The notes beneath the pieces were generated by a model. That model had not been told where the DNA came from and did no database searches. It was given only the letters and a program-made list of their open reading frames with translations. From Sphyrna mokarran (lineage: Eukaryota), in assembly GCA_024679065.1 (NCBI GenBank), contig JAGIQG010000040.1, forward strand, positions 9,176,001 to 9,240,000: a stretch of DNA of 64,000 nucleotides, given 5' to 3'. Made by a program: the position numbers and the translations under genes. Positions 10,111 to 22,844 of the stretch are shown one piece after another. Each line of letters begins with the position of its first letter. The first letter of the stretch is position 1.

Positions 10111-12300
10111 ATTTCTGCGTTGTTTAAATAGTGTTTTAACGGTGCCGTTGAGAACTTAGATGTTTTCTGGTTGAACAGAAACAATCTTTCAATTTGACAA
10201 TCCTTGGAAGGAGAAAACAAGCAAAATAGGGGGGGGGGAAACTAAAAGATATCACAGCATTTTTATAAATTTTAACTAACATTCACAAATTCAAGTAAAT
10301 CATGACTTACAACGTTCATTCGGACACTATGTCTTTGCTGCAATCACAAACTTTTCATGAATAACTTTTATAGCAAAATATTATAAGTCGAAGAATTAGT
10401 AATCAGTAATATAACTCCAGATTCATCTCAGATTATTTTATATTAACAATTTGGTAGGAATCCCCTTTAATAGCTCTGTTGTGGTTTTCATACAATTAAC
10501 ATGACAAGAACATTTTCAGGACTGAAAATATTTTGTGACAATTCCAGAAGCTATTTCAATGATAACATGCCGTTTTCACAGCCGCGCTCAATTGAATAAG
10601 ATATTTTGCATTAATCGTTATATCCCAAATTAAGTTTGCATTCATTGGAATGCGAGTTTTGCAGAATAAGACGTTGCTTTTTTGACAATTTTTTCTATGC
10701 AGTTGCAACCAGATTATTCCTTCCAAGTATTTTTTTCTTTTTAATTAGATATCGAGATAATTAATTACTAATCTCATCTCAAAATTTGTGAAATGATTTG
10801 GCGTCTCTCAATCCTTTTTGCATTGTTTCAACTCAGTGATACTGAGCGGTTCTGAGCTAAACGAAAATAAAAGTGCGTTTGAATATTATTGTAGGGATAA
10901 AGCAAAAAAAAACTTTCGAAAAAATATATATGTAATATATATGTATTTTATTCATGTTGACTGATGCTGACATGTTAAAATAAATCATGAATTACAATTC
11001 ACTGTATTTCTGTTTGGGACATTACACTAACTACTCTGAATCTGTTATATTTGATGTGCTCAGTTTCAGAAAAAGAATGCATTTTTGCTCAATTTTGGAA
11101 GTTTGAGACAGACAGAGAAATAGTTAAAGGCAAATGCAGGTTTAAAATAAACATCGGCTTAATGTAAATCGTTTTACTGATTTCTTGTTGTTATAATTTG
11201 ACCTTTGATCAATTAGAATCAAGCAGTTTGTCTAAATTTGGCAGAGTGAACAAAATTTTCTGACAGATGGAATTCGCTGACACTCAAGCAAAATTGTTCT
11301 CATGATTGTTTTTGAGTTGTAGTAAATTGTCAACAAAAGCTGGCTAGAGATTGATAAACAAATGCTAAAATTCAAAAAATATTAATTTATATAAAAAATA
11401 TTATAATATTACAAAAGTAATAATAGCTCTGCACTTAATAATAACATCATGTCTCCCATTCCTGCTCAACTCAAGATAGAAATAAAGAAAAAATAAATGA
11501 CAGAATAGAAGAATTGTGTCTCTCTGAACTTTAGCTGAAATTCATATTAAATATAATGAAGAAAAGCTCTTGGCTTTTATTCTGTACCATGTTTTAGTGT
11601 TACAGAGGATTTGAATCAATTATCCTCTTTGTATTTGCACTGTTTAATTTAGATCTTCTTTACTTGTTCAGTAATTAAGTATTCAGTAATTAAGTTATAT
11701 GGATGCTCTAAATTACTAAATCTAGGAAGCGGTATTATTGATTTCAACGTGCAAGGCCGTTACAATCTATACAAACTCATGCATTTTTCGCATGTTTCTA
11801 GATATGATAAGACAATGTAATAAAAGAGAAATATTGCAATGTGATTAGATTTAAGGAAATGAATGACAGTTGTCTCAATGTTTCCATTCAGTAATTTGCA
11901 ATTATTGTTTAACATTGTCTAAGATTTCATTATAACTTGATTATTTAACAATGTTGGGGGCAGAAACACATTTGAATGACTGAAAATTCGTTTTTTTACA
12001 GAGTACAAACCAGCTGACAGGAGAACTAACTGGCAATTTACAGTAACTTAAAATATGATATTGGTGCTTATTAATTTGTGAAAAAAAACCTTGAATATTG
12101 CACTGCCATGCAGAATGCAATCCGTCTTAAAGAGTATTTAATTGTATCAAAAATGAATTCAGAAACAAAACATTACCTTACTCACCTATACTCAGTTCAA
12201 AGAAGTGTTGATTATTTTGTTAATTACATTTAATTAAGAAATTAGATCGAATCAGGCAATGATTTTCAATGTAAATGCTTCTTGGTTTGTTTAATTCTTC

Positions 12301-12498
12301 TCACAGTGTCACTGCATCTCTATAGGGACATTGAACTGTTACTGTGGTCACTGCATCTCTGTTAGGCTCACATTGACCTGTTACTGTGTCACTGCATTTA
12401 TGTTCGGGATATTGAACTGTTACTGTGTCACTGTATCTCTGGTAGGGACATTGAACTGTTACTGTGTCACTGCATCTCTGTTCGGGATATTGAACTGT
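12301..12498. repeat. ~39-bp minisatellite, 5 copies
   Basis: Unit tactgtgtcactgcatctctgttcgggatattgaactgt. Confidence 0.9.
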
Positions 12499-13159
12499 CC
12501 TGAATCTGTTGTTTTTGCTCACTTTCAATGAAATTACATTTCACGTTGTTTTCGATAAAGTGAGATAGATAAATAATTAAAATCGAAAAGAGTTCTGAAA
12601 TGAATATCATTTTATTTTAAAATAAATCATTGTTATTCTATTGTTGTAAGTTGACCATTGATCAATTAGAATCCAAGAGTTTGAATGAAATTTACTGATT
12701 GAACAGATCTATCTGCTGGGCACTCGGCTGTTGAATCGTTTGTGTCTGTTCTGTTTCTGTGCCCGTGCTCACTGTGTTGGAACCAGGAATCTGCCTGACT
12801 GGTTGTAAATTTTCTGGTTCCTTCTCCTGCATTTCAGCGGATGAATTTTGATTTATTTCTTCAATACACGTGTATCTGCGAGAAATGTAACAGTTTGATC
12901 TGATGTTCGATTCGGCGTCTCAGAAATGAGATCCCTAAAGCATATTGTGACCATCAGAGAGAGCAGAACATCAGACTGTAGAGGAAGAATTGGGTGATTG
13001 TTAAGCAGTGACTTACCGGCCTTGGAATGTTCGATGAACAAATGCAAAGTGAGATGTGTTACATTTTGCTCCGTACTACAGCAGTCCCGACCTGTTTAGT
13101 ATGATAGTTGAAGGGTCAAATTAAATTGCATCTTATTCATAATCTTCGATTGGCATTTT

Positions 13160-13590
13160 AGAGTCATTTGCTGGGGCAGAATTCTTAATCTTCCCAAATT
13201 GTTCCTTCACAATGTGTTGATATGAAGCATCGTTGAATGACTACAGTCCATATGCTGCAGGCATCCACCGTGCTGTTAGGCAGGAAGGTCCAGGATTTTG
13301 ACCCAGCGACTATGAATGAACTGAGATTTCTTCAAGTCAGGACGGTGTGTGTTTTGGAGGAGAGCTTGGAGTACATTTGTGGCTGCTGCCCTAATCCTAT
13401 TGGAATGTAAAGGGAGCGAGTTTGGACAGTGTATTCTATGCAGCCTTGGTGAGTTGCTGCAGTGCATGTTGTATATAATACATTCTGCTGACACTGCTTG
13501 TTAGTGATGGAGAGAGTAAATAAGGTGAATGAGGTGGCAGATAATCTTGTGAATGGCTTTGCCTTGAATTGTGTCAAATTTCGTCAGGTT
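13160..13590. mobile_element. Old LINE-like repeat fragment
   Basis: gtgctgttagg...ccaggattttgacccagcgac...caagtcaggacggtg resembles a common shark interspersed repeat; family not resolved. Confidence 0.4.
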
Positions 13591-13789
13591 TTACAAGTTT
13601 CGTTCATTGAGGAAAGAGGAAATTATTCAATTGCGACTGAATTGTGAAAGATTTAAATGTTTTTCCAACCCTTGCTCCGCAGGCCGTATTGTGCTCACTT
13701 TTCACTCCCACTTACTGTGTGAGTGGGTGAGTATGTGTGGAGTGAGTGTGCTTTTCCAGACTGAATCAGCCAGATAGAGACTTTTATGA

Positions 13790-14730
13790 ATCACACTCTC
13801 ACGCACATAAATAAACACATACACATTCTCATATTCTCTCCCACGTGCATACATACGCACTTACCTTCTCTCCCATAAGATATCTCTCACAACATTTTCT
13901 TTCTCTCACGGTTTAGAGACACTCTCTCAAATATAGACACAAACATGTTCTTCTCTCTTACTCAGCCTTTCATACTAAAGCAAACTCATGTACACACCCT
14001 CACGCACATTCTCCCTTACACACACACACACAGACACACACACACAGACACGCACACACAGACACACACACACACACACACATAAACACAGTCTCGCGCT
14101 CTCGAACTCTCTCTCCACACTCTGTCACAATCTGTTGTCTCGCATTTATTCACACTCTCTCTCACAATTCCTCTTGCACATGCATCTCCCAAACTCTCTA
14201 CCTTTCACGTACACGCATATATTTCTATGTCTCTTGCACACATTATTTCGCACCTTTACATTTTTGCTTTCACATAATAGCTCGCTCAGAAACACTTTTC
14301 ACAAACATAGATCCATGTGCACACTTGAATACACACTCTTACACGCAGTCTCTCACATAAGCTTAGATTCGCGCACACACTCTCTCTCTCTCTCTCTCAG
14401 ATACACACACACACAAGCATACACACAAATACAAACATATTGCGTCTGTCATCCACACACATTTCACACATCTTACTCACTCACATGCAATCCTATGCAC
14501 ACTTTCACAAATTCGTGAATAGTTTATTTTGCTTTCCAATAGACATACTGTCCCCTCTTGCGAACGCAGCCCACTGTCTTGCACACATGCAAACGCAGTC
14601 TATCACAAACAGAAACTCACACACACACATTCACCCTCTATCTCTATATTTTTCACACATGCACACAGACACACACACACAGACACAGACACATACACAC
14701 ACACCCTTACACACTTTCTATCTCACATAC
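13790..14730. repeat. (CA)n/(CT)n-rich low-complexity tract
   Basis: Long CA and CT runs; source of spurious His/Thr-rich ORFs. Confidence 0.9.
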
Positions 14731-14756
14731 GTCAGAGTGATTGCCCTTGACTTCAG

Positions 14757-14935
14757 AATAGAATCATAGGATCGTAGAATGCAGGTCATTCAGCCCATCG
14801 AGTTTGCACTGACAGCAATCCCGACAAAGCCCTGTCCTCATAACCACATGTATTTACCCTTACTCGTCCCCCTGAAACTAAGGCGCAATTTAGCACGGCC
14901 AATCCGCAGAACCTACAAATTTTCGAGTGGGGAAG
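14757..14935 (-). mobile_element. V-SINE (HE1-like) 3' fragment
   Basis: atagaatcatag...aggtcattcagcccatcgagtttgcactgac...gcaatttagcacggccaatcc. Confidence 0.65.
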
Positions 14936-15509
14936 AACCAGGAACATTTGAAGAAGTTGGGAATCGAGAGCCTGCGTAAAACTTAGTAAACAAGTTTCGG
15001 CGGAAAATCTTCTCTTTTGGAGTCATATTAGCACAAAGCAAGATTGTAATGGTTGTTGAAGGTCAAATATCTTAGATGAGATAATACTGCAGGAGTTCGG
15101 CAGGGGACTGGTCTGGGACCAACAATCTTATTATTGTTTCATCAATGACACACGTCATCAACTGAGGTCAGAAGTTGAGATTTTCTATGTGCTACATAGA
15201 AGCAGAAAGACAATGCAAAATAAGAAGGGATCTGGCTGTGACTACAAGTCCGCCTGGCTCCCCAATAGCTGGTGTCACTTGGTGTTTATTCCTGTGTGCC
15301 CTAGTTTTTGCTGTAAGTTTCCTTCCCACTCCCTCAGTCTGTCTATTTGTTCACTGATCCGTGTTTCTTAAGAAGGCACCGACATTAAGCAGCTGCCCGG
15401 TGATCCACACTGATTCCTGAACTTTACACCAGCCCTGTTACTGAAAGCTGATCAATGTAGAGAATCGAAAAGATCCTGATGGAGAGAAGAGGAGGAGGTG
15501 GCTCACATG

Positions 15510-17185
15510 ACTCTCTCACTCTCGCCCTACACTTAATCCCGCACCCTCAATCTCTCATCCTCACTCAAAGAAATTCCCTCACTCACCCTCACTTACACAT
15601 CTTTCCTCAGTGACATACTCTCACTCGTCCCCACTCACTCGTCCCCACTCACTCGTCCACACTCACTCGTCCCCACTCACTCATCCACTCTCAATCACTT
15701 ACCTTCACGCGCTCACCCTCACACACTCAACCTCACGCACTCAACCTCATGGTCTCAATCTCACACGCTCACCCTCACGCGCTCACCCTCACGCGCTCAC
15801 CCTCACGGTCTCACCCTCACGGTCTCACCCTCACGGTCTCAACCTCACGGTCTCAACCTCACGCACTCAATCTCACGCACTCAACCTCATGCACTCAACC
15901 TCAGAAAGTCACCGATCCTCATTCATCCTGACTCACTCACCCTCACAGACATACCCACTGACAATCACTCACTCATATTCGCTCACTCACTCTCATCCAT
16001 ACTCACTCACTCACCCACACTCACTCACATACCCTCATTCAACTTCACTTTTTCAACCTCAATCACATACCCTGAATCACTCATCCTCATACCTGCACTT
16101 ATCTGCATTCGCTCATTCACATCCATTCACTCACTCTCACACCGGCACTCATTCACATACATTCACTCATTCATATTCACTCACCCTCACACTTCCTCAC
16201 TCACTCGCCCTCATTCAATCACTGTCACTCAGCCACCAACACTCAATCACCATCACTCATTCAACCTCACTCACCAAATCTCATTCACTGACTTAGAGTC
16301 TCAGTCAGTCACCAACATTCACACTCACTTTTATTCACTCATCACACAATCCACCCTCACTCACCCAGTCTCACTCACTCACTCTCATTCATCCTCGCTC
16401 ACTCACCCCATTCACTCACCCTCACTCAATTACCCATCCTCACTCATCCAGTCTCAATCACTCTCACTCACTGATCGCACTTCCCACCCTCACTCATTCA
16501 GTTTTACTCGCTCTCACTCTCACTCACTCACCTACCCACCCTCACTCAGCCAGACACGCCCCCACACACTCAAGCTCAATGACCCGCTCTTTCTCTCACT
16601 TACATCACATGACCCATTCAAACTCACTCAGACTCACGCGCTACATTCTCTCACACACCCTCACATACTCATCAACACTCAACATCACGCACCCTAACTC
16701 ACAGATCCTCAATCACTCATCCTCACTCAAACACCTTCACTCACTCACTCACTCTCACACAACCACTCATCTGCATTCATTCTCCCTCACACACTATCAC
16801 ACACCACCTTCAATACACACCCTGACTCAGTCACTCTTTCACCCTCATTCACTCACTCGCACTCACTTATCGCCAATAACCTTCACGCATCCTCACTCAC
16901 TCACACTGTTTGTTTCATTCTCGCTCACCGGCTCTCACTTGCCCACCTTCACTCACACATTCAGCCACCTTCACTCACCCATACTCTCTCACACACCCTC
17001 ATTTACTCGCGCTGTCTCACCATCACCCACATTTACTTACCCTCAATCACTCATCCTCGCTCAATGAACTTCACTCACTCAGCCTCATTTACGCACTTTC
17101 CATCACTCACACACCATCACTCATCCACTCTCACTCATTCAATCGCTCACCCTCACGCACTCACATTCGCCCACTTACATTCACT
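15510..17185. repeat. (CTCA/TCAC)n C-rich tract containing a 14-bp tandem unit (ctcaccctcacgcg) at ~15700-15900
   Basis: Directly visible; G is strongly depleted on the + strand. Confidence 0.9.
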
Positions 17186-17249
17186 GAATCTGTGTGGGGA
17201 GGTCTGCAACGAAAGAAAAGGAAGGTTTCAAGCGGCATTTTGGTGCTTA

Positions 17250-17950
17250 AATGTGGGAGCTGCCCCGGGAGTGCAGAGAGCTGGAGGGAATCGCTGGCGA
17301 CTCGGGGTCAGAAAAATGGCAAAGAGTCAGGGGAGAACAGGAGGCGTGGGAAAGGGCAGAAACCAGTGGGAAGGAGGGGTGGGAGAAGGGCAGAGAGCCA
17401 GAGGAAACAGCAGAAACGAGGGGAAAAGAGCACACAGCGTGGAAAAGAGTAGAGAGAAAGGAGAAAGGGCAGGGAGTAAGAGGAAAGGGCAGAGAGACTA
17501 GTGAAAGGGGAAAGAGCCGAGAGAAAAGGCAAAGTGATTGGGGAAATGACAGAGACAAGGGACAGGAGGGAAAACCAGGAGAAAGGGGGAGGAGACACGA
17601 AAAGGGGCAGAGAGGTAGGTGAAAGGCCAGAGAGCCGAGGGAAAGGGCAGAGAGCCCAAGGGAAAGGGGAGGAGAGTCAGAGGGAAATGTCAGAGAGCTG
17701 GGGGAAAGGAGAAAGAGGTAGATAGCAGGGCAGAGGGCAGAGCTGAGGAAAAGCGTAGGGGACTGAGGGAAATGGCAGAGAGTCGGGGGAGAGGGCATAA
17801 AACAGGAGGGAGGTGTAGAGAGCCAGGTGGAAATATAGAGAGCTAAATGAAAGAGAAAAAGAGCCATCGTGAAAGGCAAGGAGCCAATGGATAGGGCAAA
17901 GAGTTGGGCAAAATGGGCAGAGCGAGTGATGGTTGGGTGGAGTGAGGTGG
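17250..17950. repeat. Purine-rich (GA/GGGCAGAGAG) tract
   Basis: Recurrent gggcagagag and gggaaaggg motifs; pyrimidine-poor + strand. Confidence 0.85.
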
Positions 17951-18894
17951 TTCAAAATAGAGATAGCACAACAATCAGGTCATCTGTAATCTCAGTGAAT
18001 GATGGAGGAGACTTCAGGACCCGAATGGCCAATTCTTGTTGTTAATGTGTGATCCTTCAATTAGTCAGTGTAGTGTTTACTTGAATTTGTAATCGCAATT
18101 AGAATTTCCTGATCATTCAGTAAGTATTCATTCTGAAGGTATTTTTGAAACAAAGTCAGTAATCTTCGTTTTATGGAGTGAGAGGCAGTGAGTTGGAGAG
18201 TGGGAGGGGCATCAATCAGTTTGAACACAGGCGATTTCTAAAACTAGTGGAAATGCCGGCGTTAGGTTGGTATGGACACTGTAAGGAGTCTCACAACATC
18301 AGGTTAAAGTCAACAGGTTTAATTGGAATCGCAAGGTTTTGGAGCTCCATCGGGTGAGTGGATGATATGAATGAAGAGACAACTTCTTCATCACAAAGTG
18401 CTGTTGTTTGAGAAATAAATAGCTGCTGCAATAATGGAGAAAATGTTTGTTTTGGTCTGGTAATCCAATGAATGGTACGTCATTTTGAGACTATCAGAAT
18501 GTCTTTTTTTGTTCCTAATTTGATAGAGGTGGAGACAGGGATGTGAGTTTCTACAGAGATGATAATTCCCAAATGATAGAAGTAACGTAATCTCAAAGGT
18601 GGATGAAAGATTTAATCGGGAAATGTTAGGAAAAGTTCATAATTCTAATCGATGTTCGAAATAGAAGCATAGAAAAAAGAAGCTGGAGTAGGCCATTCGG
18701 CTTTTTGAGCCTACTCTGCCATTCAATTTGGTCAGAGCTCATCAATATTCTGACCATATCGACTACCCATACCCCTTCATCCCTTTAACACCAACAACTA
18801 TGTCGAATATATAAACCTATTTGTTACAACATGTTTGTTGACTAAATAAACACAAATAAGAGTCTAACTTATTCAATTGGCTATTCTTTTCCAG

Positions 18895-19194
18895 TGACAC
18901 CATCTCCGCCCACTCTCTACAGCCTGGTCTCCTCCTGTCAGCAACAAAATTCTGACGGCTCCATCACCTACGGATGTTTGGCGATGGATTACTCTCCAGA
19001 TGTCTCCAAACTAACGTGGAAGAAAAATGGGCAGCAGGTCAACTCTGGGTTTAAGACTTATCCATCAGTGAGAAACACGAAGGGAACCTACACCCTGAGC
19101 AGCCAGTTAACCATCAGCGACTCAGAGGGAGAATGCCCCAAAATTGACTGTGAAGTTCGACACCGTGACACAGTCAAGAGCGTTGAAATGCCAT
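18895..19194 (+). CDS. IGHM: IgM Cmu1 exon
   Basis: ttttccag acceptor and gtaagt donor, 300 nt; [14 protein letters not shown]...[10 protein letters not shown]...TWKKNG...CEVRH. Confidence 0.95.
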
Positions 19195-19344
19195 GTAAGT
19201 GTTGTGAGACCTTGGTAAGAGAGGGGCGCTGTGGATGGACTGTATAATATCTTAGCTATAACTGATTTGTAGCACTCTGAAAAGAAAATAAATTGTGCAA
19301 AATCCAAGTAAATGTCTATGACTGAAAACTTGCTCAACTATTGA

Positions 19345-20060
19345 AATGTTGCAGCGTAGAAAAAAAACATTTAACCCATTATATCTGTGCTGGCCAGAAG
19401 GGAGAACAAATAAATTAGCCATGCATTTTAAGGCCTCTTTCTAGCCCTTGCTTCGTAGCCTTGCAGGTACACTTGAGATGCAGATCCAGATAACTTTGAA
19501 ATGAGCATGCTCCCCAGTGATTGAACCCTGCACTTGGGGAATGAATCATTTCTACCTACGTCCCTTATAATTTTGTGAACCACAATTACGTCACACCTCA
19601 GCTCCTCTTTTTCTAATAAGAACAACCCCTGCCTATCCAGTCTTGCCTCATAGCTGCAATTTTCAGGCACTAGCAACATTTTTGTAAACCTCATCTCTCT
19701 CCAGAGTCATTACGTCATTTCTGCAACTTGGTGGCCAGAATTGTGCAGCAAACACCAAACGTGGCTTAACTAGTGTTCTATACAGCTCCACCATTGCATC
19801 ACTGATTTTGTGTGCAGTACCTCACACATTGGCGGAATTAATCCGAAATGCTTTCTTAATCATCTTGTCCAGTTGCCCTATCATCTACAAGCAACTGTGG
19901 ACATGCGCTACAAGGTCTTGCATTTCTAAAATCTGTCTCAACGTTCTGTTTTATTGAATATTTCCTTGCTTTGTTTACCCGCCGCAAATGCATCGTGTGA
20001 CACATTTGACAGTTTAATTCCATTCACCACGTCCCCGCCAGTTCAACAAAACAATGGATA
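19345..20060 (-). mobile_element. CR1-type LINE 3' fragment
   Basis: Minus-strand ORF remnant RFTKM...LGLF.LEK..LR.D, typical of the CR1 ORF2 C-terminus. Confidence 0.75.
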
Positions 20061-20160
20061 TAATTCCCAAATCGGCAGTTTTTGTACTGAAATAGAATAA
20101 CTAATTTGAATTGTTGTTAATTAAATCTTCAAGTAACATCTAAACATGTGTTTGTTGAAG

Positions 20161-20466
20161 GTGACATCTCTCCAACCGTTATCCTCACCGTGAGTTCCAG
20201 TGAAGAAATCACAAGCAGGAAATTTGCAACCATCATCTGTTCAATCATTGATTTCCAGCCAGCGTCAATGAAGGTGAAGTGGCTGAAGAATGGACAACCC
20301 GTGGATTCAGGAATTGTCACATCTCCCGCCTGTCGAGTGAATGGGAACTTCTCGGCCAGCAGTCGGCTGACAGTCTCCGCTCGGGAATGGTTCAGGAATG
20401 CGGTCTATACCTGCCAGGTCACTCATCAAGGAATCACCCAGAGTCAGAACATCAGTGGGTCTGTGG
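20161..20466 (+). CDS. IGHM: IgM Cmu2 exon
   Basis: gaag acceptor and gtaaga donor; (C)[29 protein letters not shown]...KWLKNG...[14 protein letters not shown]. Confidence 0.93.
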
Positions 20467-20556
20467 GTAAGAGACTCAAACAGAGGACAAAATATATCAT
20501 TCCATGTTAATCGGAATTAGGGATCTATTAAAGTGGTACAAACCATAGAACAACTA

Positions 20557-21700
20557 AGGCGTTTGATAAGGTAGCCCATGGAAGACTTCTGTAGAAAATG
20601 CAGATGTATGGGATAGAGGGTGATTTAGCTAATTGGATTAGGAATTGGCTAGCAGATAGAAGACAGAGGTGGTGGTTGATGGGAGATATTCATCGTGGAG
20701 TTCGGTGACAAGTGGTGTACCTCAGGGGTCTGTTTTGGGGCCCCTGCTGTTTGTAATCTTTATAAATGATCTGGATGAGGGTATTGAAGGATGGATTAGT
20801 AAATTTGCAGATGACACTAAAGTCGGTGGAGTGTTAGATAGTGAAGAGGGGTGTTATAGTTTGCAGAGGGACTTGGACAAGTTGCAGAGCTGGTCCGAGA
20901 GGTGGCAAATGGAGTTTAATGTGGAAAAGTGTGAGGTAATGCACTATGGAAGAAATAATAAATGTGTAGAGTATAGGGCTAATGGTAGGATTCTTAGTAG
21001 TCTTGATGAACAGAGGGATCTTGGTGTGTCTGTGCATAGATCCCTGAAAGTAGGCAGTCAAGTCGAGAAGGTTGTTAAGAAGGCATATGGAGTCTTAGCT
21101 TTTATTGGTAGGGGGATTGAATTTCGGAGCCGCAACGTCATGTTGCAACTGTACAAAACTCTAGTGCGGCCGCACTTGGAGTATTGTGTGCGTTCTGGTC
21201 CCCACATTATAAGAAAGATGTGGAGGCATTGGAGAGGGTACAGAGGAGGTTTACCAGGATGTTGCCTGGTATGGAGGGCAGGTCTATGAAGAGAGGTTGA
21301 AGGATTTGAGGTTGTTTTCGTTAGAAAGGAGGCGGCTAAGAGGGGATCTTATTGAAGCATATAAGATGATTAGAGGTTTAGATAGGGTGGACAGTGATAG
21401 CCCTTTTTCCTAGGATGGAGAAAGCTAGCACGAGGGGACACAGCTTTAAATTATGGGGTGATAGTTATAGGACGGATATCAGAGGTAGGTTCTTTACCCA
21501 AAGGGTGGTTCGGGAGTGGAATGCCCTGCCTGCAGCAGTTGTAGATGCGCCAAGTTTGGTGGCGTTTAAGAGTTAGTTGATAAGTATATGGAAGAGAAGG
21601 GAATGGTTTAGTTTGGAGGGGCATTGTTTTTTATATTGGTCGGCGCAACATCGAAGGCCGAAGGGCCTGTTCTGTGCTGTAATGTTCTATGTTCTACGTT
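20557..21700 (+). mobile_element. 5'-truncated CR1 LINE (RT to 3' tail)
   Basis: GVPQGSVLGP and FADD motifs, a frameshift near 21190, and tail gaagggcctgttctgtgctgtaatgttctatgttcta. Confidence 0.93.
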
Positions 21701-22508
21701 CTGTGTAGTTTGCTGCATTAGGACAATCCCTCGTTCAGCATTTCACCAGAAAAGCAATTGTTCGTTATTCTTTCATGAAATGTGCATTTATTTGCCAAAC
21801 CTGAGGGCACTTAAGTGTCAACCACGTTGTTGTGAATATGGAGTCACATGCATGCCAGGCCAGATAAAGGCAGCAGATTTACTTTGCTGAAGAGGATTTG
21901 TGAACTTGGAGAGATTTTACAGCAATGGCTTCATGATAATCATTTGAACTTTTAATTATAGATGTTTATAGAATTGAGATTTCATATTTGCAATGATGAG
22001 ATTCGAATCTGTGCCCCCAAAGTTTTGCTGTAGGTTACAAGTTCATTGACCAACACCATATGCCGCTGTCTCCCCTTGAAAGAAAGCTCCCTTCCAGTTT
22101 GAAGTAATATAGTCAGCGAGGTGGCCTTGATGTCAGCTTTTTCCATAGACAGCTGGTAAGATTTGGAGAGACAGTCGGTATCGGACTGTTTCATAGGTCA
22201 CAGCATAGGAGAAAATATTGGAAAGTGCATCCACCCTATTTATAAGCCAATGGTCAGTACTTTCTCCCTGAGTTCAAGATTGTGTGTTTATTTGGGAATT
22301 CAGCAATGCTGATTCATGGAAATGGTACCTCTGCTACACTATTTAATACAGGGAATAATTCAAGAGCAAGTTGGTTTTCTATTCGCCATGGAAGTTGAAA
22401 AGCGATAGTTAGAGACTGATATATTGAAGGCGACTTCGTCTTCTTCAGGCTGAAGACTGTTGTCCTGCTGAAAGGGAACTCGAGTTCATTTTCATTCTTC
22501 ATTCACAG

Positions 22509-22817
22509 ATCCTTCCCAGTGCCATGATGCCGCAGTGACGATACAGCCGCCACCAATAGAGCAGGTCTTACTGGAGGCGACCGTGACTTTAACCTGCATC
22601 ATTTCTAATGCTCCTTATGGAGTTAACGTGTCCTGGATCCAAGACAAGAAGTATGTGAAATCAGAGATTGCCTAAATTCCAGGAGCGGATCCTGACAGCG
22701 TGATGAGCAAATTAAACACCTCGACACAAGCCTGGCTGAGCGCGGTTGTGTTTGAGTGCGTGGTGAGCCATCAGGATCTGCCGACTCCTTTAAGAACATC
22801 TATCCACAAGGAAACAG
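22509..22817 (+). pseudogene. IGHM: IgM Cmu3 exon with an in-frame premature stop (TAA 22673-22675)
   Basis: cacag acceptor and gtgagc donor; [30 protein letters not shown]...VSW...SEIA*IPG...[21 protein letters not shown]. Confidence 0.93.
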
Positions 22818-22844
22818 GTGAGCTGAGAGATTCAGACAATAAAT

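Noticed and set aside
12301-12498. Possible CRISPR array or extra D/RSS array
   Set aside because: Head-to-tail repeats with no unique spacers and no nonamers at 12/23 spacing; eukaryotic context.
13988-17955. Long His/Thr/Ser-rich and Arg/Gly/Glu-rich ORFs
   Set aside because: Products of stop-poor simple repeats; no domain or splice support.
20134-20160. Alternative in-frame Cmu2 acceptor adding 9 aa
   Set aside because: It would remove the junctional Cys (T|GT) made by the 20161 acceptor; cannot be supported without cDNA.
19345-21700. Inverted CR1 pair around Cmu2 promoting exon skipping
   Set aside because: The two copies belong to visibly divergent subfamilies, so stable pairing is unlikely.
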